Counted from the stretch's first letter, positions 8,729 to 17,608 are shown. The stretch is DNA of 64,000 nucleotides from Streptomyces silvisoli (GCF_029269905.1 NZ_JARJBC010000022.1:31671-95670); one strand, 5' to 3'. The notes: generated from the letters alone by a model not told the origin. Numbers and translations are program-made.

Positions 8729-9418
8729 TCACCCCCGGCTCCGCCCTGTCGGCCTATCCGCAGAAGCGGCCCTCTTGCCGGACCGGCCGCCGGACGTTCC
8801 TTCCCTCGTCGGCTTCTTGGTCCTGCTACCTGGCTTCGTGGATTCTCGTGCGGATCCGCTCGCCTTCGACGAGCCGACCTCGGCCTTGGCCCTGGTGGTG
8901 CTGGCGCGGCGGCTCTTTGCGCTGCCGCTCCGCCGAGCCTTGCGCTCACCGCGGCTCGTCGCCTCTTCCCCCTCATCGCCCTCAGCCTCGTCGCCCGACG
9001 GTTCCCGGAGCGATGCCGCACGCTCCTCCATCCTGTCGCTCAGGTCGTTGATCCGAGTGCCGACGGCCGCGACGGCAGCACTACGGCCAGCCGCCAGCAG
9101 GTCGCCGCGAATGTCCTTGGCAAGCCTTCCCACCTCCGGCGACTGGAGCAGCCCCGAGGCCCGCCCGAGTTGCTTCCCGGTCGCCACCCCGGCGGCCCGC
9201 TTGCCAGCCGCCGCCCCGGCGAGCGCCAGCGCCCACCGCATCTTGTGATATCGCCCCAAGAGGTAACCGCCCGCGAGCGCCAGCGCCACCTGTCCGTTCT
9301 TCATCAACTCGGTCCCCTTCCACACCAGTTCCGATGCACCGCCGGAGAGACCGCGAATGGATGCCGCGATCTGCCGCAGCGTGAACTTCGGCTGAGCGCG
9401 CCGTGTCCGCCCCGCCAT
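8729..9418 (-). CDS. Hypothetical protein, hydrophobic core plus a Lys/Arg/Ser/Thr-rich basic C-terminal tail; probable first gene of the gvp operon
   Basis: Start taken at Met82 of ORF 8729..9661 (MAGRTRRAQPKFTLRQIAASIRGL...). ALALAGGYLLGRYHKMRWALALAGAAAG is a hydrophobic segment. The tail is ...SRGERKARRSGSAKSRRASTTRAKAEVGSSKASGSARESTKPGSRTKKPTREGTSGGRSGKRAASADRPTGRSRG. The stop lies 7 bp before the SRPBCC start. Confidence 0.45.
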   Translation of the reverse strand: MAGRTRRAQPKFTLRQIAASIRGLSGGASELVWKGTELMKNGQVALALAGGYLLGRYHKMRWALALAGAAAGKRAAGVATGKQLGRASGLLQSPEVGRLAKDIRGDLLAAGRSAAVAAVGTRINDLSDRMEERAASLREPSGDEAEGDEGEEATSRGERKARRSGSAKSRRASTTRAKAEVGSSKASGSARESTKPGSRTKKPTREGTSGGRSGKRAASADRPTGRSRG

Positions 9419-9663
9419 TCCGGTCGCCAGATCCAACGCCACGGACGACCCCCTGTCGGGCGTAGGAGCACGGGGTGGAACAGGTTTAAAGTCAAGTATG
9501 AGGCATTTGGGCGAAAAGTCCGAACGTAAGGTTGTTTCACTGAGGAGCCGTGACTCATAGCTGACGGTGACTGATCGCGCCGACCGCAGCAGCGCAAATG
9601 CGCCGGAGACCGCGGTCGGCGGACGATGCCGCAGTGCTCGCGCAAGCCCGGAAGGTGACACAT

Positions 9664-9837
9664 ATGGGCATAGGCAAGAAGGCCAAGAACATCAGCAAAA
9701 CAGCCGAAGGCAAGACCAAGGAAGCCGTAGGCAAGGCAACGAGCAACGAAAGCCTCAAGATGAAAGGAAAAGCAGAGCAGATCAAGGGTGACGCCAAGCA
9801 GGCGGGCGAGAAGGGCAAGGACACCTTCAAGCACTGA
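9664..9837 (+). CDS. csbD: CsbD-family general stress protein (57 aa)
   Basis: MGIGKKAKNISKTAEGKTKEAVGKATSNESLKMKGKAEQIKGDAKQAGEKGKDTFKH is a typical CsbD KxxG/AxxK-repeat protein. SD aaggtga precedes the ATG. Confidence 0.75.
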   Translation: MGIGKKAKNISKTAEGKTKEAVGKATSNESLKMKGKAEQIKGDAKQAGEKGKDTFKH

Positions 9838-9852
9838 CTGCCAACGCACATG

Positions 9853-9877
9853 GCTGACCGGCCGCCGCGCCGGTCAG
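9853..9877 (+). terminator. GC-rich hairpin just after csbD (gaccggcCGCCGCgccggtc); intrinsic-terminator candidate without a T-tract
   Basis: Inverted repeat gaccggc/gccggtc seen 16 bp after the stop. Confidence 0.3.
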
Positions 9878-10143
9878 CCGTCGACTCGGCCGCAGAGCCC
9901 GCAGCCCGGCCCTGGTCTGGGGAGGCCGGGGAGCCCGTCCAGCCACGCCGCTGAACGCTCCGCTGAAAGTGCCGCGATGTGCTGTCGATCGACTGCGGCT
10001 CGTCATGGCTGGTCGCGCAGTTCCCCGCGCCCCTTCAGGGCGCGAGCCCTCGGCGCAAGGCAGCGGACTACTCGCCCGGCAATGACGGGTTTTCCTCACG
10101 CATCGGCTCGTCATAGCGGCCATAAGGGTCAGGATTCCGGTAC

Positions 10144-10437
10144 ATGACGCAGTGCGCCCCCGACTGGGAGACCTCCCGGCGGACACGAGAGGCCTACCTC
10201 GACCCGCTCGCCGAGACGCCCGGTGCGGTCGCCACCACGCATGAGGAACTCGTCGAGGTCTTCCGGAGCGGCGAGTACGCGGGGGCTTCCGCGGCCCTGC
10301 GACGCGCTGCGTTCCGGGCGCGCTTGTGCCCCTACGACGACGGGCGAGCGGCTGAGCGCGTGGTGCGTCGTGTCTTCCTCGGCGAGCCCGCCCGGGAGCA
10401 GGCCGACGCACCGAGCACGGCCCCGGCGGGCAGCTGA
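10144..10437 (+). CDS. Hypothetical protein (97 aa)
   Basis: High GC3 across the ORF. No recognisable motif. Confidence 0.3.
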   Translation: MTQCAPDWETSRRTREAYLDPLAETPGAVATTHEELVEVFRSGEYAGASAALRRAAFRARLCPYDDGRAAERVVRRVFLGEPAREQADAPSTAPAGS

Positions 10438-10449
10438 CCTCGTCGGTGC

Positions 10450-11265
10450 TCAGCGCCGCATGCGGCGGGCGAACCGTTCGGCGAGGACGCGGCGCGCCCC
10501 GGCGGGCCCGTCGGCGACGCGCAAGGCGGGCCAGCCGCTGCTGGTGGCGTACGGCTGGAGCAGCAGCACCCGCCCACGGCGGCCGACCACTACCCGCCGC
10601 CTCAGGCCGGACCCGGCACGCAGTGTCGTGGTGACCGGCTCACCGTCCCGGAAGGTCAGCGTCACCCAGGCGTCCCAGGTGGTGATGGCGTCACCCTCAC
10701 TCAGCGCCGCCGGGCCGACGGTGACCCTGGCGCGCCAGCCACCGTCCCCGCTCGGTTCGCCCTGCCACGTCGCCTCGTACCGACGCACCCTCCCGGTCAC
10801 CCGGTGGCGCAGCTCGACGCTCGCGCGCTGTGGGCCCGCTTGCGCGGTCCTGCCGTACAGGTCGGCCAGCGACAGTTCGAGGACGAGGCGGCGGCCCGCG
10901 CGGACGCCCGCTGCGGCATGGAGCGGCAGCTGGCCGATCGGGGCGTCGGCGAGGCCGTCGAGAATGATCTCCTCGACCCCGTCAGCGGCGGAACCCGCCT
11001 CGTCCCACAACGGAAGCCCTTCTGGCGGAATCCCTCGATTCCTCGAACGCCAAGGCCACGGCCGGGCCAACACGATCGACGCCTCGCATCGTCTCGGTCG
11101 ACGCAAGGGATCGCGAGACATGAACAAGGCGTCAGCCGAGGCACCGTCAGTAACTCTGTCGCAGACCTGATGCCCGAGCACCGCCTCGGGATCGAAGTCC
11201 ACCAGCAGAAGCCGGTCCCGCTCCAGCCACGGCTCGGAACCGACGTACCGCCCGGTCGTCACCAC
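10450..11265 (-). CDS. Hypothetical protein (271 aa)
   Basis: Long ORF with coding-like GC3 bias. No family recognised. Confidence 0.4.
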   Translation of the reverse strand: MVTTGRYVGSEPWLERDRLLLVDFDPEAVLGHQVCDRVTDGASADALFMSRDPLRRPRRCEASIVLARPWPWRSRNRGIPPEGLPLWDEAGSAADGVEEIILDGLADAPIGQLPLHAAAGVRAGRRLVLELSLADLYGRTAQAGPQRASVELRHRVTGRVRRYEATWQGEPSGDGGWRARVTVGPAALSEGDAITTWDAWVTLTFRDGEPVTTTLRAGSGLRRRVVVGRRGRVLLLQPYATSSGWPALRVADGPAGARRVLAERFARRMRR

Positions 11266-11403
11266 CCCTACCAGCCCGAGAAATGACGCTCACCTCGCGA
11301 CGACCCTTGGTTCCGTCACCTCGGGGACCCGATAGTCGTCGGTTCCCCGAGGCGGTGTGAGCATCGAAGTGCTGCTTCCCCTTCCGGCTGTGGCGGGCAG
11401 GGC

Positions 11404-12579
11404 TCAGGCCAGCATGTTCTCAATGAGGTCGGCGGCGCGCGTGGTGCCGCCCTCGGCCCGTGCGCCGGCGCGCAGCCGTGCCGAGCGGCGGGCGGCCTCC
11501 GCGTCGGTGACCAGGTCGTTCAGGGCCACCCGTAGGGTCTGGGCGGTGGCTTCCGCGGTGTCGACGCGGCGGGCCACGCCCAGTTCCACGAGCCGGTCGG
11601 CGTTCATGAACTGTTCGGCGGCCTGCGGTACAGCGATCATCGGGACGCCTGCCAGCAGCGCCTCGCCGCAGCCGCCCATGCCGGCGTGGGTGACGAAGGC
11701 GTCCGCCTGCTCCAGTATCGCCCGCTGCGGGACCCAGGAATGCACCTCGACGTTGGGCGGGATGTCGCCGAGTTCCCGCGGGTCGGTGTACTTGCCGATC
11801 TGAAGGACGACGTGCCAGCCGGGCAGGTTGCCGTAGGCCGCAAGGCACTGGCGGTAGAACTGCGGTTGACGGGTGAACGCCGAGCCCAGGGAGATCAGCA
11901 GCACGTTCTTCGCGTCCGCCGGGCGGGTCCAGCCGTCCGCGTCCGCCCGTGCGTCGACGCAGGGTCCGACGAAGGTCACCGTGTCGGTGTCGACCTGGTC
12001 GGCGTGCGGCTGCATCGCCTGAGTGATCAGCGCCAGGGCCTGTGCGGGGCGACCGGAGAAGGCATCCACGTCGGTGGTGGACGCCCCGCAGTCGGCGAGC
12101 CAATGTGCGAACTTCGCCCGGTATGCGTCGGCGCCCGGCAGTTGCCGCAGGTGTGCCGCGACGTCCTGGTCGTAGCCGTCCCAGGCCACGAACGTCGGGG
12201 ACAACTGCATGAGGGGCCGGTTCTGCGATTCGGCGAGGGCGCGCGCGGCGTAGCCGCCGATGTCGTACAGGTACAGGTCCGCCGGGTCGTGGTCGTAGGC
12301 GGCGCGCAACTGCGGGAGTGCCTGGATGGCGTCGTCGAGGAAGAGGTCCCCCGCGGCGATGGGGTCGTCGGGCCAGTTGTTGTCGGCGACCGGAAGCGAG
12401 GAGGTGCAGGGGACGAGTTCGGCGCCGGTGGCCGCGATCAAGTCGGCCACCGCTGGGTCGTTGGCGTAGGTCACGCGATGACCGCGGGCCACCAGCTCGC
12501 GGATGACCGCAAGGCTCGGCAGGACGTGGCTGACGATGGGGATGCCGACCATCGCGATGTGGGCGCGGCGACGGGACAT
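11404..12579 (-). CDS. Macrolide glycosyltransferase (GT1 family, OleD/MGT-like UDP-glucosyltransferase)
   Basis: AHIAMVGIPIVSHVLPSLAVIRELVARGHRVTYANDPAVADLIAATGAELVPC closely resembles the OleD/Mgt N-terminus. The C-terminus has the GT1 PSPG-like motif WVPQRAILEQADAFVTHAGMGGCGEALLAGVPMIAVPQAAEQFMNADRL. Confidence 0.8.
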   Translation of the reverse strand: MSRRRAHIAMVGIPIVSHVLPSLAVIRELVARGHRVTYANDPAVADLIAATGAELVPCTSSLPVADNNWPDDPIAAGDLFLDDAIQALPQLRAAYDHDPADLYLYDIGGYAARALAESQNRPLMQLSPTFVAWDGYDQDVAAHLRQLPGADAYRAKFAHWLADCGASTTDVDAFSGRPAQALALITQAMQPHADQVDTDTVTFVGPCVDARADADGWTRPADAKNVLLISLGSAFTRQPQFYRQCLAAYGNLPGWHVVLQIGKYTDPRELGDIPPNVEVHSWVPQRAILEQADAFVTHAGMGGCGEALLAGVPMIAVPQAAEQFMNADRLVELGVARRVDTAEATAQTLRVALNDLVTDAEAARRSARLRAGARAEGGTTRAADLIENMLA

Positions 12580-12868
12580 GGAAGACGTGGAAGGCACGGA
12601 GGATCACTCGTTTCAGATCTACGGCGAAAGAGACACGGCAAGCCGACGCGTCGGCCTTTCCGAGGAAGACTCGGTCGTAGGCGCGCACACGGACATGCGA
12701 GAGGAAGCCGGGGCGCTGCCCCGGCCATGTCAGCCGTAGATCTGAGTGAAGTGCATGTCCGCGACTCTAGGCCCTCCCCCGGCTTCCGGGCACCTGAATT
12801 ACCTCAACCGCCGTCTGGAGAAGTCCCACGCCGGGCCGATGCGTCCGCACGGAACTCCCGCACGCGCG

Positions 12869-13519
12869 TCACACGCGCGGGGTATCCGGGGCAGCGGCTT
12901 CCAGATCAGCGATGCTGCCCGACATGATCGTCCGCACGTGCTCGGTGATGTGCTTCGCGGGCCAGTTCCACCAGGCCACCGCCAGCAGCCGGGCGATGTC
13001 CTGGTGGTTGTAGCGGGTGCGGATGAGTCGGGCCGGGTTGCCGCCGACGATGCCGTAGTGGGGTACGTCGCTGGTGACCACGGCGCCGGAGGCGATGATC
13101 GCGCCATGTCCGATCCGTACACCGGGCATGACCGTCGTGCCGTGGCCGAACCAGGCGTCGTTGCCGACGACGGTGTCCCCTCGGTTGGGCAGGCCGGTGA
13201 GCAGGTCGAAGTGCTCGGACCAGGAGCCGCCCATGGTGGGGAAGGGGAAGGTCGAGGGGCCGTCCATCCGGTGGTTGGCGCCGTTCATGAGGAACCGCAC
13301 GCCCGTGCCCAGCGCGCAGAACTTGCCGATGATCAGCTTCTCCGGCCCGTAGTGGTAGAGCACGTTGCGCGTCTCGAACGCGGTCGCAGCGTCCGGGTCG
13401 TCGTAGTAGGAGTACTCCCCGACCTCGATCAGCGGGGACTTCACCAGCGGCTTGAGCAGCACCACCCGGGGCTGCTCGGGCATCGGATGGAGGATCGTCG
13501 GGTCGGCAGGCACAGGCAT
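12869..13519 (-). CDS. vat: Vat-family streptogramin A O-acetyltransferase (xenobiotic acetyltransferase, hexapeptide repeat)
   Basis: YSYYDDPDAATAFETRNVLYHYGPEKLIIGKFCALGTGVRFLMNGANHRMDGPSTFPFPTMGGSW...GNDAWFGHGTTVMPGVRIGHGAIIASGAVVTSDVPHYGIVGGNPARLIRTRYNHQDIARLLAVAWWNWP matches Vat/XAT signatures. Confidence 0.8.
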   Translation of the reverse strand: MPVPADPTILHPMPEQPRVVLLKPLVKSPLIEVGEYSYYDDPDAATAFETRNVLYHYGPEKLIIGKFCALGTGVRFLMNGANHRMDGPSTFPFPTMGGSWSEHFDLLTGLPNRGDTVVGNDAWFGHGTTVMPGVRIGHGAIIASGAVVTSDVPHYGIVGGNPARLIRTRYNHQDIARLLAVAWWNWPAKHITEHVRTIMSGSIADLEAAAPDTPRV

Positions 13520-13668
13520 GGGGGGAGGTATTCCTCATCGGTAGCGGGTCCGTGTCCGGTCCATGATCGCTGCACCGCACCGTCCCAGGACACCCGATTA
13601 CCACCTGCACGAACACGGCCTACCGCCCGCCCCATCCAGGCATTCACGCGCGGCGAGCTCGCAGACCG

Positions 13669-14170
13669 GTGCGCCCACGTGGCCGACGGGGCCTGGATCG
13701 TCCCGTGCCCCGTGTACGCGGACCACATGTTCGTGCTCGCCTCCGCAGCCGACCCGGCACTGCAGGCGGCCCTGACTGCATGACCGACGACTGTCTGGCA
13801 GGGGCAAGCGAAGCAGTGCCGCTGTGTGACACGGCAACCGGCTACGCGCAGGCGTTCCACGCCCTCGCTGTGGCCCGCAACGGGCCCGGCCGGTATGCCG
13901 AGTTCGCCCAGCGGCCCGATCTCGTGCTCGCCATCGGGCCCGCCGCGGCCGCCTGACTGGCCTTCTCCTCGCAGGCAACCGCACACCTGGAAATCCACCG
14001 GGCACACACCTCGGCGGACGACCTCTGCCGAACGCTGACCACCTGGCTCGGCGAGGACGGCCGGCTCGCCTCGACCGCCACTGCGCTCTCGCTCTCGGCC
14101 ACCGCCACCCGTAAGCGGCTCACCCGCATCGAGACGCTCCTGGAGCGTTTCCTGCTCCGTTCTCCCAACG
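13669..14170 (+). pseudogene. PucR/CdaR-family regulator remnant (frameshifted; C-terminal HTH retained)
   Basis: Frame A: ...GYAQAFHALAVARNGPGRYAEFAQRPDLVLAIG. Frame B after about 13956: ...DDLCRTLTTWLGEDGRLASTATALSLSATATRKRLTRIETLLERFLLRSPNARHDLWLAQRAL is a PucR C-terminal HTH. No intact N-terminal domain. Confidence 0.3.
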
Positions 14171-14737
14171 CCCGCCACGACCTGTGGCTGGCACAACGCG
14201 CACTGACTCTCGCTGACGGGGGCGCGCCACCGCCCACCGGGAGTAGCTGGACTGGGGCGGCCTGTTCGGAAACGACAAGAACACGGATCCACCTCGGCAA
14301 GGAGCCGGACGGTCATGGGCAGGCGCCCGCGGATACGGCGCGAGTGGCGACCAGTGGGCGTTCTGCTGTCGAGGTGGCAAGCGGTGCGGTGTGCGCTACC
14401 GGCTGGCTGACCGAGACCGATGACTCGGCTCATCGCTGGCAGCGTCGGGGCCAGATGAGGATGGCAGCGAGGTGTGGTGCGGCGTGGTGGGCCCACACCG
14501 CTTCCACTGCGGCATCGTCCAACGCCGGGCCCGCGCCGCGAAGTTGCCTGGCCATCCGCACGGAAACAACCGGGGAAACGCTGTCCAGGATCTGAACCCG
14601 GTGCGGAACCACTATCGAGGGCCGGCGAGGCCCTCCGGTCGGCACGTCGGCACCGCCTGCCGACCGGGCGGGATCGGCTCCCGTGGCCGTTGAACTGAGC
14701 CGACGGCCCACCAGACGCAACTTCTTCGCGTTAAGCT

Positions 14738-15328
14738 GTGCGCATGAGTACCCGAGCGACCACTCGCCCCGGCGGGCGCAGCGCCCGCGTCCAGCAGTCC
14801 GTGCACCAGGCCGTCCGAGAACTCGAGGCGGAACTGGGGCGGGATGCGCTCACCGTGCCCCTGATCGCCGCCCGCGCGGGAGTCACGCCGTCCACCGTCT
14901 ACCGGCGCTGGGGCGACCTGCGGGAACTGCTGTCCGACGTGGCCGTCGAGCGGTTGCGCCCCGACACCCCGCCGGCGGATCACGGCAGTCTGCGGGCGGA
15001 CCTGGAGGCGTGGACGGTGCAGTTCGCCGAGGAGATGTCCTCGACAGCGGGCCGCACGTACATCCGCGACGCCCTGGTGGGCGACCCCGAGCAGGGCAAC
15101 GCGGCCCGCTGCTCCGACTACGCCGCCGAGCAGTTGAAGGCCATCGGCGTGCGCGCGGCCGGGCGCGGGGAGGCCGTGCCCGACGTGGAGACACTGCTGG
15201 ACGTCGTCGTCGCCCCCCTGATGTACCGGATCCTGTTCCGCCCCTCGGATCTGTCCGCGGCCTACGCCGACCACCTGGTAGCGACGGCCCTCGGCCGCGC
15301 TGCACCCCTCTCGTCGCATAAAAGCTAA
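14738..15328 (+). CDS. TetR-family transcriptional regulator
   Basis: N-terminal HTH LTVPLIAARAGVTPSTVYRRWGDLRELL, followed by a TetR-type helical ligand domain. Confidence 0.8.
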   Translation: MRMSTRATTRPGGRSARVQQSVHQAVRELEAELGRDALTVPLIAARAGVTPSTVYRRWGDLRELLSDVAVERLRPDTPPADHGSLRADLEAWTVQFAEEMSSTAGRTYIRDALVGDPEQGNAARCSDYAAEQLKAIGVRAAGRGEAVPDVETLLDVVVAPLMYRILFRPSDLSAAYADHLVATALGRAAPLSSHKS

Positions 15329-15361
15329 ATATTTGCGTTTTAGGGCAACGTGAGCCTAGAG

Positions 15362-15390
15362 TGCTTAATGCAAAGCATTCGCCTTAAGGC
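15362..15390. promoter_or_regulatory. AT-rich promoter/operator candidate between tetR and the MFS gene: inverted repeat aatgc-aaa-gcatt plus a 10-bp perfect palindrome gccttaaggc
   Basis: Seen in the 76-bp spacer ...tgcttAATGCaaaGCATTcGCCTTAAGGCtcagaggtgcttccATG. AT content is unusual for this genome. Confidence 0.35.
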
Positions 15391-15404
15391 TCAGAGGTGC
15401 TTCC

Positions 15405-16622
15405 ATGACCAGCATCACAGCCCTGCCTTCCCGCCGCCGCCTGCCCGTGCTGAGCCACCGTGTCGCCTTCCGGCTCCACGCCTCGGTCCTGGTCGGCCTG
15501 CTGGCTGCCTCCAGCGCACCGACCCCGCTCTACGCTCTCTACCAGGCCGCATGGCACTTCTCGGCCATGACGCTCACCGTCGTGTTCAGCGCCTACGCGC
15601 TCGCCCTGCTGGTGGCCCTGCTGACCGCGGGCACGCTCTCGGACCACTTGGGCCGGCGCCCGGTCCTCGCCGGGGCACTGCTGGCACAAGCCGTCGCGAT
15701 GGCCATATTCGCCACCGCCCAGGGCGTGCCGGCGCTGATCGCCGCCCGGATCCTGCAGGGCCTGGCCACCGGCGTGGCCACCAGCGCCGCCGGAGCCGCC
15801 CTGCTCGACTTCGAGGCCCCCAACCGCCCGGGCCGAGCAACGGTCGCCAACAGCATCACCCCCGTGGCCGGCATGGCAGTCGGCGTGCTGGCCGCCACCG
15901 CCCTCGTGCAGTACGCCCCCGCCCCCACCCGCACCGTCTACCTGGTGCTGCTCCTGCTCTTCACCGCGCAGGCCGCCGCGGTCCTGCTCACCCCCGAGAC
16001 CGCCCGCCCCAACCCCGGCGCCTGGCGCTCACTGCGCCCCACCATCACCGTCGCCGCCGCCTCCCGGCCGGCCATGGCGCTCGCCGGGCCCGGCATCGTC
16101 GCTGCCTGGGCACTGGGCGGCTTCTACTCCTCCCTCGGTCCCTCGCTCGCCCGGCTGATCGCCCCGCACGCCGCCCGCGCAACCGGCGGCCTGGTCTTCT
16201 TCACCCTGACGGCCGCGGCCGGCCTCGCCGGCCACGCCGCCCGAGCGCTGCCCGCCCGCATCGTGAGCCTCGTCGGCACCGCGTTCCTGATCCCGGGGGC
16301 CCTGCTGACCCTGAGCGGCCCGCAACTGCACAGCCTGCTCGCCCTGTTCACGGGCACCGCCCTGGCGGGCGCGGGCTTCGGCGCCGTCACCCAGGGCGCC
16401 CTGCGCCTGCTGCTGCCCCCGGCCGCCCCGGGCGAACGCGCCGGCACGCTCGCCGCCTACTACGTCCTCAGCTACCTGGCCATGAGCATCCCCGCCGTCC
16501 TCGCCGGCCTGCTGACCAACCTGTACGGCCTGCAGACCGCCGTCTCGCTCTACGCCGTGACGGTCATCCTGCTGACCCTGATCGGCCTCACTCGCGCCGT
16601 GCGGCGGCCGCGCACCGCCTGA
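15405..16622 (+). CDS. MFS transporter (12-TMS efflux type)
   Basis: Hydrophobic periodicity throughout. LSDHLGRRPVL and GRATVANSI motifs are typical MFS loops. Confidence 0.85.
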   Translation: MTSITALPSRRRLPVLSHRVAFRLHASVLVGLLAASSAPTPLYALYQAAWHFSAMTLTVVFSAYALALLVALLTAGTLSDHLGRRPVLAGALLAQAVAMAIFATAQGVPALIAARILQGLATGVATSAAGAALLDFEAPNRPGRATVANSITPVAGMAVGVLAATALVQYAPAPTRTVYLVLLLLFTAQAAAVLLTPETARPNPGAWRSLRPTITVAAASRPAMALAGPGIVAAWALGGFYSSLGPSLARLIAPHAARATGGLVFFTLTAAAGLAGHAARALPARIVSLVGTAFLIPGALLTLSGPQLHSLLALFTGTALAGAGFGAVTQGALRLLLPPAAPGERAGTLAAYYVLSYLAMSIPAVLAGLLTNLYGLQTAVSLYAVTVILLTLIGLTRAVRRPRTA

Positions 16623-16675
16623 CCGAGTCCTACCCTTCCGCGCCGCCCTGCCCTGCCCACCGAAAGGACCCACCG

Positions 16676-17608
16676 ATGAGCACTGCCACGCCCCGTCAGG
16701 CCACCCCCTTCACCAGCACGGGGTGGAGCCTGGGCGACATCGCCGTACGCCGCGTCGACGAGATCGAACTGCCGCCGCAGACCGGACCCTGGTTGCTGCC
16801 GGACGCCACCAAGGAGGTGCTGGACGAAGCGTCCTGGCTGCGGCCCGACTTCGCCGACGCCGACGTCCCCCGCCTGGCAAGCCACAGCTTCGCCGTGGAG
16901 TCCGGCGGGCTGCGGATCGTCATTGACACCGGCATCGGCAACGCCAAGCCACGCGCCAACCCGGCCTGGAACGGTCTCGACACCGACTTCCTTAAGCGCC
17001 TGGCGGCTGCTGGCTTCCCGCCCGAGTCCGTGGACCTGGTGATCACCACGCACCTGCACACCGACCACGTCGGCTGGAACACCCGCCTCGTCGGCGAGGA
17101 CTGGGTCCCCACCTTCCCCAACGCCCGCTACCTCACCAGCCGCACCGAATGGGACCACTGGGCCGCCACCGACTTGGACGAGGCCCGCCGTCAGATGTTC
17201 CGCGACTCCGTCACCCCCGTCCGCGACGCCGGACAGTACGACCTCGTGGACGTGCCCCAGCAGGGGCGCGAGGTGGCGCCGGGCGTCTTCCTGGTCCCGG
17301 CTCCCGGCCACACCCCGGGGCAGGTCGCCGTGGAACTACGCGGCAGCGACCGCCAAGCGCTGATCACCGGCGACAGCATCCACCACCCCGTGCAGCTGTC
17401 CCACCCCCACGTGAACAGCTGCGTCGACATCGACCCCGCACAGGCGGTTCGCACCCGCGGGCGGCTGCTCGACGCCCTCGCGGACACCGACGCGCTGCTC
17501 CTGGGCACCCACTTCCCGCAGCCCACGGCCGGCACCGTCCGCCGGGACAACGGCCGCTACCGGCTGCTCGCCGAGCACGGCAGCGAGATCCCGACCACCG
17601 CTGCCTGA
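16676..17608 (+). CDS. MBL-fold metallo-hydrolase (AHL-lactonase-like HxHxDH motif)
   Basis: VITTHLHTDHVGWN (HxHxDH), downstream GHTPGQ and TGDSIHH metal ligands. SD gaaaggacc before ATG 16676. Confidence 0.8.
   Translation: MSTATPRQATPFTSTGWSLGDIAVRRVDEIELPPQTGPWLLPDATKEVLDEASWLRPDFADADVPRLASHSFAVESGGLRIVIDTGIGNAKPRANPAWNGLDTDFLKRLAAAGFPPESVDLVITTHLHTDHVGWNTRLVGEDWVPTFPNARYLTSRTEWDHWAATDLDEARRQMFRDSVTPVRDAGQYDLVDVPQQGREVAPGVFLVPAPGHTPGQVAVELRGSDRQALITGDSIHHPVQLSHPHVNSCVDIDPAQAVRTRGRLLDALADTDALLLGTHFPQPTAGTVRRDNGRYRLLAEHGSEIPTTAA

Noticed and set aside
9484-9520. Possible sigma-B promoter GTTTAA...GGGCGA upstream of csbD
   Set aside because: Spacer is about 19 nt, outside the 12-16 nt range. 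Kept only as an AT-rich control region.
9419-9661. N-terminal 81 codons of ORF 8729..9661
   Set aside because: Low-complexity and would overlap the csbD promoter and start region. An internal Met with a plausible RBS is preferred.
12746-13783. 345-aa plus ORF and 12906..13616 minus ORF
   Set aside because: Alternative-frame and antisense readings over the Vat acetyltransferase gene. The Vat frame carries the hexapeptide-repeat and active-site motifs.
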